From the NCBI GenBank assembly GCA_963771275.1, contig CAVYSW010000005.1, positions 32,001 through 96,000 on the forward strand: DNA of 64,000 nt, written 5' to 3'. The stretch is from an uncultured Gemmatimonadales bacterium (GTDB taxonomy: Bacteria; Gemmatimonadota; Gemmatimonadetes; Gemmatimonadales; GWC2-71-9). Of this stretch, positions 24,291-34,385 are shown piece after piece. A program made the position numbers and the translations under genes. Position 1 is the stretch's first letter. Each line of letters begins with the position of its first letter. The notes beneath the pieces were generated by a model, which was not told the DNA's origin, did no database searches, and saw only the letters and a program-made list of their open reading frames with translations.

Positions 24291-24363
24291 GAAAGTCGGA
24301 GAAGGTAGATCCGAGGCGTAGACGGATCGCAGCGACTCCACCCCTGGAAGGCACAGATCCGCC

Positions 24364-25911
24364 ATGGGTACACCCGCCAATCCCGCGCACGCCGTCCGGC
24401 CCAAGCCGCGGCTCTCGTTCTGGGACATCTGGAACATGAGCTTCGGCTTCCTCGGCATTCAGTTCGGCTTCGCGCTGCAGAATGCGAACGTGAGCCGGAT
24501 CTTCGAGACGCTGGGCGCCGGCGTGGAGAACATCCCGATCCTGTGGATCGCGGCGCCGGTGACCGGGCTCGTGGTCCAGCCCATCGTCGGCTACTTCAGC
24601 GACCGGACCTGGAACCGGCTGGGCCGCCGCCGTCCGTACTTCCTCGGCGGGGCCATTCTCGCGTCGCTGGCTCTGGTTGCCATGCCGAACTCCCCGGTCC
24701 TGTGGGTCGCGGCCGGCATGCTCTGGATCATGGACGCCTCGATCAACATCTCGATGGAGCCGTTCCGCGCCTTCGTGGGCGACAACCTGCCCTCGACGCA
24801 GCGCACCACCGGGTTCGCGATGCAGAGCTTCTTCATCGGGACCGGCGCGGTCGTGGCGTCCGTGCTGCCCTGGCTGCTCACCAAGCAGTTCGGCGTTCGC
24901 AACACGGCACCCGAGGGGATGATCCCCGAGTCCGTGCGGCTCTCGTTCTACCTCGGCGCCGCGGTCTTCTTCGTCGCGGTGCTGTGGACGGTCATCCGGT
25001 CGAAGGAGTACTCGCCCGAGGAGATGGCCTCGTTCGCGGAGAACCGTGAGCGGGAAACCACGGTCAGGGAGCGGCGGACGGCGGCGCAGTACGCCGTGAA
25101 TGGCAGGCGCCAGATCCTCGTGGGCCTGTTCCTGATCGTGGCGGGGGTGCTGCTCAGCCTGTGGCTCGCCTCCGAGCAGGCCGATCAGGTGATCATCTTG
25201 TCGGCCGGGATCGGCGTCGTCGGCGTGCTGCTGATCGTCGGAGGGCTGCTGCAGCGGGGCGGCTGGTACGACAACGGGTTCATCACCATCCTCAACGACT
25301 TCCAGGACATGCCCCGGACCATGAAGCAGCTGGCCGTGGTGCAGTTCTTCTCCTGGTTCGCGCTGTTCGCGATGTGGATCTACACGACGCCGGGGGTGAC
25401 CGCCCACATCTATCACACCACCGACACGAAATCGGCGCTGTTCAACGAGGGAGCCAACTGGGTGGGGGTCGCCTTCGCCGTCTACAACGGCGTCGCCGCG
25501 CTCGTGGCGTTCGCCCTTCCGGTGCTGGCGAGGTGGACGAGCCGGAAGATCACCCACGTGATCTGCCTGGTGCTCGGCGCGCTGGGGTTCCTCTCCATCT
25601 TCGTCATTACCGACCCGCGCTACCTGCTGGGCTCGATGGTAGGGGTGGGGATCGCGTGGGCCAGCATCCTCGCCATGCCCTATGCGATCCTGACCGGGTC
25701 GCTGCCGCCCTCGAAGATGGGCTACTACATGGGGGTCTTCAATTACTTCATCGTGATCCCCCAGATCGTCGCCGCCGCCGTGCTCGGCTTCATCGTGGGG
25801 CGCTTCTTCGGCGGCGAGGCGATCTACGCCCTGCTGATCGGCGGCGCGTCGCTCGTGGTCGCCGCGGCGCTCACGCTGCGCGTGGAGGACAGGGACGAGG
25901 TGGCGGGCTAA
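24364..25911 (+). CDS. MFS sugar transporter (maltose/sucrose permease-like)
   Basis: IWNMSFGFLGIQFGFALQ, SDRTW..LGRRRPY, VQFFSWFALF, MGVFNYFIVIPQI. Confidence 0.9.
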   Translation: MGTPANPAHAVRPKPRLSFWDIWNMSFGFLGIQFGFALQNANVSRIFETLGAGVENIPILWIAAPVTGLVVQPIVGYFSDRTWNRLGRRRPYFLGGAILASLALVAMPNSPVLWVAAGMLWIMDASINISMEPFRAFVGDNLPSTQRTTGFAMQSFFIGTGAVVASVLPWLLTKQFGVRNTAPEGMIPESVRLSFYLGAAVFFVAVLWTVIRSKEYSPEEMASFAENRERETTVRERRTAAQYAVNGRRQILVGLFLIVAGVLLSLWLASEQADQVIILSAGIGVVGVLLIVGGLLQRGGWYDNGFITILNDFQDMPRTMKQLAVVQFFSWFALFAMWIYTTPGVTAHIYHTTDTKSALFNEGANWVGVAFAVYNGVAALVAFALPVLARWTSRKITHVICLVLGALGFLSIFVITDPRYLLGSMVGVGIAWASILAMPYAILTGSLPPSKMGYYMGVFNYFIVIPQIVAAAVLGFIVGRFFGGEAIYALLIGGASLVVAAALTLRVEDRDEVAG

Positions 25912-26071
25912 CCGCAGAGAGCGCAGCGCTCGCAGAGGGGGTGCACGGTCTGACGGCTCTGCGGTCTCCGCGATCTCCGCGGTTTCTTGCTGATGGGCAC
26001 CGCAGAGAGCGCAGAGCTCGCAGAGGGGGTGCACGGTCTTACGGCTCTGCGGTCTCCGCGATCTCCGCGGT
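25911..26071. repeat. Two 73-bp palindromic REP-like elements in tandem (25911-25983 and 25999-26071)
   Basis: Each unit reads ACCGCAGAGAGCGCAG...CTCTGCGGTCTCCGCGATCTCCGCGGT. The copies differ at 2 positions and are separated by 15 bp. Confidence 0.85.
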
Positions 26072-26098
26072 GCATACCTGACGAAAGGGAACCTCAAC

Positions 26099-27781
26099 AT
26101 GAAGCTGATCCGCGCCGCGGCGCTCATCGCCCTGGCCCTCGCCCTCTCGGCGTGCCGCGACAAGGCGCCCGGCTCCAACGCTCAGGCCGGGGCGGTCGCG
26201 GCGGCCGAGGCGACGGCTCCGGCGACATTCTGGAACGGTGCCACCGTCTACTTCCTCCTCACCGATCGGTTCGAGAACGGCGATTCCACCAACGACCGCG
26301 CGCTGGGCCGGGCACACGACGGTGCCGTGCTGCGGAGCTTCGAGGGTGGGGACCTCGCGGGCGTGCTCCGCAAGATCGAGGAGGGCTACTTCGACAGTCT
26401 CGGCGTGGACGCCATCTGGATGACCCCGTTCGAGGAGCAGATCCGCGGGAGCGTGGACGAGGGCACGGGGAAGACCTACGGCTACCACGGCTACTGGACG
26501 CGGGACTGGACCGCCGTCGACCCCGCGCTGGGCACCACGGACGATCTGCGCGCGGTGGTCGACGCGGCCCACCGGCACGGCATCCGCGTGCTGATGGACG
26601 CCGTGATCAACCACACGGGACCGGTGACGCCGCTCGATCCCGGGTGGCCCGCCGACTGGGTGCGCGCGGGCCCCAACTGCACCTATCGGGACTACGCCAC
26701 CACCGTGGACTGCAATCTGGTGGCCACCCTGCCGGACATCCGCACCGACAGCGACCAGCCCGTGGCCCTGCCCCAGTGGCTCACGGAGAAGTGGCGGCAT
26801 GAAGGCCGCCTCGACGGCGAGATGGCGGGTCTCGACGCCTTCTTCCAGCGCACCGGCTACCCGCGCGCGCCGCGCTACTACCTCATCAAGTGGCTCACCA
26901 ACTGGGTGCGCGATTTCGGATTCGACGGCTACCGCATGGACACCGCCAAGCACTTCGAGGAGGCGGTGAGCGCCGAGCTCAAGCGCGAGGCCGACCGGGC
27001 GTTCGCGGACTGGAAGGCGGCACATCCGGACCAGGTGCTGGACAGCCTGCCGTTCTACATGATGGGCGAGGTCTACGGCTGGGACCCGGGCCAGGGGCGG
27101 GCCTTCAACTATGGGGACAGCACCGTTGACTTCTTCGCCTACGGGTACGACGGGCTGATCAACTTCGGCTTCAAGAGCGAGCGGGGGCCGCTGGACGATC
27201 TGTTCACGCGCTACGCCGCGGCGCTCCACGGTCCGCTCGCGGGGGTCGCGTTCCTCAACTACCTCGACTCCCACGACGACGGGTCGCCGTACGACCCGGA
27301 CCGGAAAGATCCGCTCGGCGCGGGCACTCGGCTGCTGTTGGCGCCGGGTGGCGCGGAGATCTACTACGGTGACGAGCTGGCGCGGCCGCTCCGGGTTGCG
27401 GGTGCGCAGGGCGACGCCAACCTGCGCTCGTTCATGAACTGGTCGGATCTGGCGCGCGGCGGCTCCACCGCCCAAATCCTGGAGCACTGGCGGAAGCTGG
27501 GCCGGTTCCGGCACGACCACCCGGCGGTGGGAGCCGGCGAGCACCAGATGCTCCAGGAAAAGCCCTACATCTTCAGCCGCACGCTCGAGCGGGATGGGCG
27601 CGTCGATCGCGTGATCGTGGCGCTGGACCAGGGGGAAGGCGCCAAGACGATTCCCGTGTCTGGCGTATTCCCCGACGGGACCGAGCTGCTGGACGCCTAC
27701 TCGGGCACCGTGGGCACGGTGACGAACGGCGCAATCGCGCTTACGACGCCATTCGGCCTGGTGCTGCTGAGCGAGCGTTAG
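26099..27781 (+). CDS. Alpha-amylase (GH13) lipoprotein
   Basis: Lipobox LSAC, YHGYW, DAVINH, and catalytic triad motifs GYRMDTAKH, MGEVY, YLDSHDD. Confidence 0.9.
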   Translation: MKLIRAAALIALALALSACRDKAPGSNAQAGAVAAAEATAPATFWNGATVYFLLTDRFENGDSTNDRALGRAHDGAVLRSFEGGDLAGVLRKIEEGYFDSLGVDAIWMTPFEEQIRGSVDEGTGKTYGYHGYWTRDWTAVDPALGTTDDLRAVVDAAHRHGIRVLMDAVINHTGPVTPLDPGWPADWVRAGPNCTYRDYATTVDCNLVATLPDIRTDSDQPVALPQWLTEKWRHEGRLDGEMAGLDAFFQRTGYPRAPRYYLIKWLTNWVRDFGFDGYRMDTAKHFEEAVSAELKREADRAFADWKAAHPDQVLDSLPFYMMGEVYGWDPGQGRAFNYGDSTVDFFAYGYDGLINFGFKSERGPLDDLFTRYAAALHGPLAGVAFLNYLDSHDDGSPYDPDRKDPLGAGTRLLLAPGGAEIYYGDELARPLRVAGAQGDANLRSFMNWSDLARGGSTAQILEHWRKLGRFRHDHPAVGAGEHQMLQEKPYIFSRTLERDGRVDRVIVALDQGEGAKTIPVSGVFPDGTELLDAYSGTVGTVTNGAIALTTPFGLVLLSER

Positions 27782-27784
27782 AGG

Positions 27785-29014
27785 CTACGGTTCCCGCCGT
27801 CCGAACAGGAACGTCAGCGGGTCGTCGAGCCGGGCCCGCCACGAGGTTTCGTTGTGCGTGGCGCCCTCGTAGCGCCGGACGACAAAGTCCTTGCCCTCGA
27901 TCAGCCCCTGCCTCAGCAACCAGGCGCGCACGGTGTCATGGGTGGGTCCGTACGTGGAGTCGAGCCCCTGACCACCGTAGTCGAACCAGTAGCGCGCCCC
28001 CTTGGGAACGGTGAGGCCCGCCCGAATGTCGCGGATCACATAGGGCGTCGTGTCCGGGTGGGTCGCGGTCACCGACCCGGGGAAGTACTGAGCGACCATG
28101 GCCTCCGACAGCGGGAAGTGGGTGGACAGGCAGCCGCAGGCGCCGAACACGTCCGGGTGGCGGGTCACGAGGTAGAACGACAGCAGGCCGCCCATGGATG
28201 AGCCCATGACGGCGGTGTGCTCCGGTCCGGTCAGCGTACGGAAGGCACGGTTCACCCGCGGTATCAGCTCCTCGATCAGGAAGCGCGCGTAGTCGGGCGC
28301 CCCCTGCCAGGGCGAGTACTCGCGCCCGCGCTGGGCCGAATTCCACACGCCCACCACGATCACAGGCGGGATCACCCCCCGTTGGACCAGCCGCACGACC
28401 GCCTCGTCCACCCCCCAATCCACGCCCGTGTTGGCGATGCGCGGATCGAACAGGTTCTGCCCGTCGGACATGTAGAGCACGGGATAGGGCGTGGACGGAG
28501 CGTCGTCGTAGCCCGGAGGCAGCCAGATCTCCACGTGCCGCGTGGGGCCGAGGTGCGCCGACGTGACGTCCGTCCAGTAGACCAGCCGGCCCAGGACGCC
28601 CGAGCCCTTCCAGTCGGTGATGTAGTCGCGCGGGTCCTTCTTGAAGCCGGTGATGTCGTGCGTGGCCCGCGCGTCCCGCTCGATCACCAGCCGGTAGTTG
28701 GGCGGGACCTGCCCCACGCCATTCAGGGCTTCACGGTCCCACGAGCCGAGCGTGAACTTGTACTCGATCGTGGTGCCGGCGGCCGCGGTGATCCGCACGC
28801 TGCGCTCGCGGCCGGTGCCCGCCATGGCGCGTCCGTCGGGTCGCCAGGGCCCGAGCTCGGGGAGGCTGCCGGCGAGATAGACCGTGCCTGTGCCATCGGG
28901 CACGTGCACGCGGATCGTCACCGTGCAGCATTGGGCGGCGGTCTGGGAGAGTGCGGTGGCGCCGGGGGAGCACGTGGCGGCGAGCAGGGCGCCGAGCGCG
29001 AGACGCAAGCGCAT
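27785..29014 (-). CDS. Secreted CBM20 (starch-binding) plus alpha/beta-hydrolase esterase fusion
   Basis: Signal peptide, VYLAGSLPELGPW...EYKFTLGSW (CBM20), YPVLYMSDGQN, GSSMGG nucleophile, HNE. Confidence 0.85.
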   Translation of the reverse strand: MRLRLALGALLAATCSPGATALSQTAAQCCTVTIRVHVPDGTGTVYLAGSLPELGPWRPDGRAMAGTGRERSVRITAAAGTTIEYKFTLGSWDREALNGVGQVPPNYRLVIERDARATHDITGFKKDPRDYITDWKGSGVLGRLVYWTDVTSAHLGPTRHVEIWLPPGYDDAPSTPYPVLYMSDGQNLFDPRIANTGVDWGVDEAVVRLVQRGVIPPVIVVGVWNSAQRGREYSPWQGAPDYARFLIEELIPRVNRAFRTLTGPEHTAVMGSSMGGLLSFYLVTRHPDVFGACGCLSTHFPLSEAMVAQYFPGSVTATHPDTTPYVIRDIRAGLTVPKGARYWFDYGGQGLDSTYGPTHDTVRAWLLRQGLIEGKDFVVRRYEGATHNETSWRARLDDPLTFLFGRREP

Positions 29015-29106
29015 GGGGAATGCTCCGGGAAAGGTGTGGCGTTGCGCGACGCCGGAACCTACGCGACGGCGCCCGGGTTGGCCACGCGGCCGCTGTGGCG
29101 CCCGCC

Positions 29107-31443
29107 CTAGATCCGGTACAGGTAGCTGAGCTTGAGGAAGAACCCGTCGCCCGTGCGCGCGAGACTGCGGAATTGGAACGGGTCCGGCTCGCTGAGGCTG
29201 CTGCCGTAGCCCGCGAAGAAGACGGTGCCGGGTGTGGGGCGGTAGGAGAACAGCCAGTCGATCCGCAGGTCGTTGCGCGCGGTCCGCACGGCCCGCACGT
29301 AGCCGCCCGACGCCGCGTCGAACAGCAGGATCGGCTGGTCGGTACGCGAGTTGTCGCGCAGCGCGTCCCGCAGCTCGGCATCGTACTGGCCCACGAACCG
29401 CAGGACGATCGCGCGCGCGAGCTGGTACTCCAGCTTGAGCCGTGGCACGCGGCGGATGCCCACCGTGCTCCAGTCGTCCGGCCGGATGTACTGCTGGTGA
29501 TTGTAGAGCACGTTGACGCGGAGCTGCTCCGACGGCCGCCACGTGAGATCCACGCTCCCGATCACGATGTTGGCGGGCGCCCACTCGTAGAAGTTCTCGT
29601 CCCGTCCCACGATCAGGTAGGCGTCCGCCGAGAACGTCTGGAACCGCGGTGTCGCCACGTTGAGCGCCAGATCGAGATTGTACAGCCGGTGGGTGCCCGT
29701 GAACGGGACGGTGTCGGTCGCGCCGCCGACGGTGCGCTCGACGGCGTACGTCGTGTACAGCTCCGCCGGATACATGAACGACTCCAGCAGCAGCGACGCG
29801 CCGAGCTCCCAGCCGCCACGCAGCGTGACGCCCGTGTTGAAGTGGAGCCGGGGGTCGTTGGGGATCGTGCCGTCGAAGAACCGCGCGTAGTCCCAGTGGC
29901 CGTCGAGCAGGAGATTGCCGGTCCAGCGCTCCACGCCCGCGCCCGGCCGGCCGTACGTCGTGTAGCTCGGCGAGATGCCGAAGTAGACGATGTCGCCGCG
30001 CGACAAGAACCCGCTCCCGGCCTGGAAGTCGTCCGCGAACCCCCGGAACGAGACGTTGAGGCCGAACGCGCGTCCCGCGCGGTTCAGTGCGAGGTACCAG
30101 AACGGTCCCCAAACGGTCTCCCCCGCCGCGCGGGTGGCGCTTCCCCCGCCCTGGAAGGTCAGGGCGGTGGTCCGTCCCAGCAGCAGCCGCCCGTCCACGG
30201 CGCCGACCCGGTTGAACGCGCCGCCCTCGATGCGATCGGTGTAGGCGAGCCCTACCATGCTCTGGGCGCCGAGGTCGTGCCGCACGCGCACCAGGCTGTA
30301 GACTGGATTGGTTTCGCCGGAGCTGGAGCCGCCGCGGCCGTCCACGCCCGACAGCAGCGCGACCGAGGTGCCCGCGATCTTGCCGCCGAGCTCGACGGCC
30401 GCGACGGGGTCCGCGAGCCGCCGCGTGTAGATCAGCTGGGTGGGCGTGCGGAACAGCTCGAGGCCGTCCAGGAAGAACGGCCGCTTCTCGGGGAAGTAGA
30501 GCGCCTCGCGTGGATCGAACTGCAGCTGGGCCACGTCCGCCTCGACCTGCGAGTAGTCCGGGTTCGCCGTGCCGTTCAGCGTGAGGTTGTTGGTGATCCC
30601 CCAGCGCGCGGTCATCCCGGCGGCCGGCGCGCCCCCGCCGTAGTCCCAGCCATCGGGCGAGGGGGTGCCGGCGATCGTGGAGGTCGCCTCCGGGGTCACG
30701 TCGAGCACGAGCCCGCGGCGCAGCCCGGTGAGCCCCGTGAGGGTGCCGCCCTGGGCGAGGAACGACGCCTCGGCCTGCAGCACGCGCGTCCACGTCTGCT
30801 CGTGGCCGGACGCGTGCACCCGGCGCAGGATGTTGAGCCCCCAGTCCTGCGGGTCGGCCGACTGGTAGCGCAGCGTCTTGAAGGGAATCCGGATTTCCAC
30901 GTCGTAGCCGGTCGCGGTCACGCGGCCGCGCGACTCGAACACGAAGTCCTGGCTCAGGTCGATCGCGTAGGCGCCCGTCGCGGCGGCCGACAGCATGGTC
31001 GCCCCCTGCCGCGCGGCGTCCTGCAGCGTGCCGTCCGCCTGCACGCCGAACGGATTCACGGCGAACAGCAGCGCCTGGCGCCGGTCGTTGAACGTGTCGA
31101 GCAGGATCTGCACGTGATCGTCGCCCGCGATCCGGTCGCGGTCGGCGACCGTCGCGCGCACGCTCGCCGAGTCCTGCCACGCGCGGATCCCGAAGTAGAT
31201 CGCGGTGGGGGAGTACCACACGAGCGCGGTGGTGGAGTCGCCGGCGGGCCGGTCGTCCACGGGGAGATACTGCCAGAATCCGCGGAGCCGGGCCGCCCGC
31301 TGCCACACCGGCTCGTCCAGCACGCCGTCGATCACGGCGCGGGCATCGGGGATGCGCGGAATCGGGATGGCCGCGGTGGAATCGGACGGTGTTGCGGGGG
31401 AGAGGAGTGCCGCGATGCCCACGAGCTCGACAAGCGTCAGCAC
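29107..31443 (-). CDS. DUF5916 / CBM9-like domain outer-membrane protein
   Basis: IDGVLDEPVW, LLDTFND...F.VNPFGVQ.D, NPDYSQVEAD, FPEKRPFF.DG, and a beta-barrel-like C-terminus FLKLSYLYRI. Confidence 0.8.
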   Translation of the reverse strand: MLTLVELVGIAALLSPATPSDSTAAIPIPRIPDARAVIDGVLDEPVWQRAARLRGFWQYLPVDDRPAGDSTTALVWYSPTAIYFGIRAWQDSASVRATVADRDRIAGDDHVQILLDTFNDRRQALLFAVNPFGVQADGTLQDAARQGATMLSAAATGAYAIDLSQDFVFESRGRVTATGYDVEIRIPFKTLRYQSADPQDWGLNILRRVHASGHEQTWTRVLQAEASFLAQGGTLTGLTGLRRGLVLDVTPEATSTIAGTPSPDGWDYGGGAPAAGMTARWGITNNLTLNGTANPDYSQVEADVAQLQFDPREALYFPEKRPFFLDGLELFRTPTQLIYTRRLADPVAAVELGGKIAGTSVALLSGVDGRGGSSSGETNPVYSLVRVRHDLGAQSMVGLAYTDRIEGGAFNRVGAVDGRLLLGRTTALTFQGGGSATRAAGETVWGPFWYLALNRAGRAFGLNVSFRGFADDFQAGSGFLSRGDIVYFGISPSYTTYGRPGAGVERWTGNLLLDGHWDYARFFDGTIPNDPRLHFNTGVTLRGGWELGASLLLESFMYPAELYTTYAVERTVGGATDTVPFTGTHRLYNLDLALNVATPRFQTFSADAYLIVGRDENFYEWAPANIVIGSVDLTWRPSEQLRVNVLYNHQQYIRPDDWSTVGIRRVPRLKLEYQLARAIVLRFVGQYDAELRDALRDNSRTDQPILLFDAASGGYVRAVRTARNDLRIDWLFSYRPTPGTVFFAGYGSSLSEPDPFQFRSLARTGDGFFLKLSYLYRI

Positions 31444-31556
31444 GCGCCGTCCTCCTGGCAGAGCCGTAAGCTTACCTACGGGGCGCGCGGAGCGGCGGAT
31501 CCAGCTGCCGGCTGGCGGACGGGCGGTGGCGGCGGCAAGATTGTCCGTATTCCATC

Positions 31557-32312
31557 ATGGGCAAACGCGCGCGCTCCGAATACCGACCCAGCCTGCTGGC
31601 GCGGCTGCTGTGGCCGGTCACGGCCTACCTCGTGACCAACCTCAGCGTCGCCCTGCTCTGGCTGCTGTTCTTCGTGCTCAACCGGACCACCGTCCACGGC
31701 CGGCACAACGTCGGCGACCGGCGCAACACGCTGCTGATCGCCAACCACCAGTCCATGATCGACAGCTTCCTGATCGGCATGGGCGTCTACTTCCCGAAGT
31801 CCCTGATCCGGCCCCACCTGCTGCCGTGGAACCCGGCCGCCACGGAGAACTTCTTCCGCGGGTGGCTGCGCGCGTGGCTCGCCTACAACTGGCGCTGCAT
31901 TCCGGTGCGGGAGGGCCGCCGCGACCCGCGGGCGCTGCGGCGCCTGACGGAGGTGTTGCCGAACGGCGTGATGATCCTGTTCCCGGAGGGCACCCGGACG
32001 CGCGACGGGTCCGTGGGGCCGGGCCGGCCGGGCGCCGGCATGGTCGCGCTCGCGACCGGAGCCCAGGTGATCCCCGTCGCGCTGGACGGCATGCGGGACG
32101 TGCTGCCGATCGGCTCTCACCTCCCCCGGATCGGCAAGCGCATCCACGTCTGGTACGGCCCGCCGCTGCCGGGTTCTGCAGACCCCGTCCCGGTCCCCCG
32201 CCGCGAGGAGGCACAGCAGCTCGTGGACCGCGCGATGGCCGCGATCCGTGACCAGCTCGCCGCGATCCGGCGGGGGGAGATTCGGCGGGGGGCGGTGCGG
32301 CTCGAGCAGTAG
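31557..32312 (+). CDS. Lysophospholipid acyltransferase (PlsC family)
   Basis: ANHQSMID and FPEGTRT motifs. Confidence 0.88.
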   Translation: MGKRARSEYRPSLLARLLWPVTAYLVTNLSVALLWLLFFVLNRTTVHGRHNVGDRRNTLLIANHQSMIDSFLIGMGVYFPKSLIRPHLLPWNPAATENFFRGWLRAWLAYNWRCIPVREGRRDPRALRRLTEVLPNGVMILFPEGTRTRDGSVGPGRPGAGMVALATGAQVIPVALDGMRDVLPIGSHLPRIGKRIHVWYGPPLPGSADPVPVPRREEAQQLVDRAMAAIRDQLAAIRRGEIRRGAVRLEQ

Positions 32313-32332
32313 CGCCGTCGCAGCGTCCCGCC

Positions 32333-34291
32333 TCAGACACCATGCTTGAGCCGTTTCTCCATCGCCGCGACCGCATGCTCGATGTCCTCCCACTCGGCCA
32401 TGAGGTCGGCGAGGGCACGCTGCAGATCCGCGCGCTCCGCCTGGCGAGCGCGCACCTCGTCGGCGGGCGTCCGCGCGAAGTAGTCCGGTTCGCAGCACAG
32501 CCCGTCGATCTCCCGCACCCGGACCTCCGCGGCGTGGATCCGCGCGGTGGTCGTGTCGAGCCGGCGCCGGAGCGTCGCGAGGGCCCGCGTCGGGCTCGCG
32601 CCGTCCGGCGAGCGCCGCACCGGCTTCGACGGCGCAGGCTTCCCCGTACGCTGCGTTCCGCGGTGCGCCCTGAGCACGACGCGGTCGATGTCGAGATGGT
32701 CGTCGCCACACGCGTGGACGTACTCGTCGTACGTGCCGGGGTAGTCGGTGATGCCGTCACGCCTGATCTCGAGCACCCGCGTGGCCAGCTGGCTCACGAA
32801 CCAGCGGTCGTGTGAGACGAGAATCAGGGTGCCCGTGTAGGACCGGAGTCCGTCGACCAGCGCCGCAATGGACTCGAGATCGAGGTGATTGGTCGGCTCG
32901 TCGAGCACGAGCACGTTGGGGCGCTCGATGGCGAGGCGGGTGAAGATGAGGCGCGTGGTCTCCCCGCCGGACAGCGCACGCAGGGGCTTCTTGCCGTCGT
33001 CGCCGGAGAAGAGCATCAGGCCCATGGCGCCGCGCACGTAGCCGAAGTCGCGCGCGGGACAGCAGCTCCAGACCCACTGCTCGGCGGTGCCGCTCCGCGA
33101 CGCGAATTCCTCCTGGTGGTCCTGCGCGAAGTAGCCGGGGTGGGTCTCGTAGCCCCACGCCACCTCACCGGCGTCGGCCTCGAGCTGGCCCATCAGGATC
33201 TTCAGGAGGGTCGACTTGCCGACGCCGTTCGGTCCCATGATGGCGAGGCGATCCCCCCGGACAACCGTGAGATCGACGCCGTGCAGCACCGCGTTGCCGG
33301 CGAACGCCTTCTTCACGCCCTTCACGGCGAGGACCTCACGGCCACTGTCGCGCCGCGGCTCGAAGCGGAACGTCGGGGAGCGCCGCGAGCTCGGCGGCAG
33401 CTCCTGCAGCGCGTCCGCCTTCTTCTCGATCATCCGCAGCTTGCTCTGTGCCTGGCGCGCCTTGCTGGCCTTGGCGCGAAACCGCTCGACGAACTTCTGG
33501 TGATGCGCGATCTCGCGCTCACGCGCCGCGATGTCGTTCCCGCGGCGCTCCCGTTCGGCCCGCTTGGCCGCGAGAAAATCCGTGTAGGTGCCGGCGTACG
33601 CCAGGACGGTCTCGTAGTCGATGTCCAGGATGGTGGTGACCACGTTGTCGAGAAAGCGATGGTCGTGAGAGATGACGAGGACCGTCCCCGGGAAATCGCG
33701 CAGGAACTTCTCGAGCCAGCGGATCGACAGGATGTCGAGATGATTGCTCGGCTCGTCCAGGAGCAGCACGTCGGGATCGCTCGCGAGCACCTGCGCCAGC
33801 AGCACCCGCAGGCGGAACCCCCCCGAGAGCGACGCGAGCGGATCGCGATGCGCGGCCGCAGGAATGCCGAGGCCCTCGAGAATCGTGGCCGCCCGCGCCT
33901 CGGCGGCGTACCCATCGTGCCGGTGCACCGTCTCCTCGAGCGCCGCGAACCGGTGGGCATCGAAGGCCTGCTCGGCGTTGGTGAGCAGGGCCTCACGCTC
34001 GGCCATCGCGTTCCAGAGCTCCGGGTTGCCTCGCAGGGCGACGCCGAGGATGTCCTGCTCGCCAAACGCGAATTGATCCTGGCGCAACACGCCCAGCCGC
34101 AGGCGCTTCGCGACCGACACCGTGCCGGCGTCGGGGGCGAGGTCGCCGCTCAGCATCCGCAGCAGCGTGGTCTTGCCCGAACCGTTCGCGCCGACGAGGC
34201 CGTACCGCTCGCTCGGGTTGAGCTGGAACGACGCGTCGGCGAACAGGGTCCGGTCGCCGAACGACTTGGCGAGGTTGGTAACGGAGATCAC
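32333..34291 (-). CDS. ABC-F family ATPase
   Basis: Two ABC cassettes (GANGSGKT/LSGG/LDEPSNHLD and GPNGVGKS/LSGGE/LDEPTNHLD), no TM segments, C-terminal coiled coil. Confidence 0.93.
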   Translation of the reverse strand: MISVTNLAKSFGDRTLFADASFQLNPSERYGLVGANGSGKTTLLRMLSGDLAPDAGTVSVAKRLRLGVLRQDQFAFGEQDILGVALRGNPELWNAMAEREALLTNAEQAFDAHRFAALEETVHRHDGYAAEARAATILEGLGIPAAAHRDPLASLSGGFRLRVLLAQVLASDPDVLLLDEPSNHLDILSIRWLEKFLRDFPGTVLVISHDHRFLDNVVTTILDIDYETVLAYAGTYTDFLAAKRAERERRGNDIAAREREIAHHQKFVERFRAKASKARQAQSKLRMIEKKADALQELPPSSRRSPTFRFEPRRDSGREVLAVKGVKKAFAGNAVLHGVDLTVVRGDRLAIMGPNGVGKSTLLKILMGQLEADAGEVAWGYETHPGYFAQDHQEEFASRSGTAEQWVWSCCPARDFGYVRGAMGLMLFSGDDGKKPLRALSGGETTRLIFTRLAIERPNVLVLDEPTNHLDLESIAALVDGLRSYTGTLILVSHDRWFVSQLATRVLEIRRDGITDYPGTYDEYVHACGDDHLDIDRVVLRAHRGTQRTGKPAPSKPVRRSPDGASPTRALATLRRRLDTTTARIHAAEVRVREIDGLCCEPDYFARTPADEVRARQAERADLQRALADLMAEWEDIEHAVAAMEKRLKHGV

Positions 34292-34385
34292 GGCCGCGCA
34301 ATCTAACCTGACTGCGCGAACGCCTCCACCTCGGACGGCGGCCCCGTGCGTGCCATCCGTGCGAGCGAAGTCCCGGCGTCCATGC

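Noticed and set aside
25911..26071. Possible CRISPR array
   Set aside because: Only two long (73-bp) units with a 15-bp gap and no cas genes. It fits a REP-like palindrome instead.
27785..31306. 1173-aa ORF ending in the CBM20-esterase
   Set aside because: The part upstream of 29014 is a shadow frame of the DUF5916 gene. The signal peptide starts at 29014.
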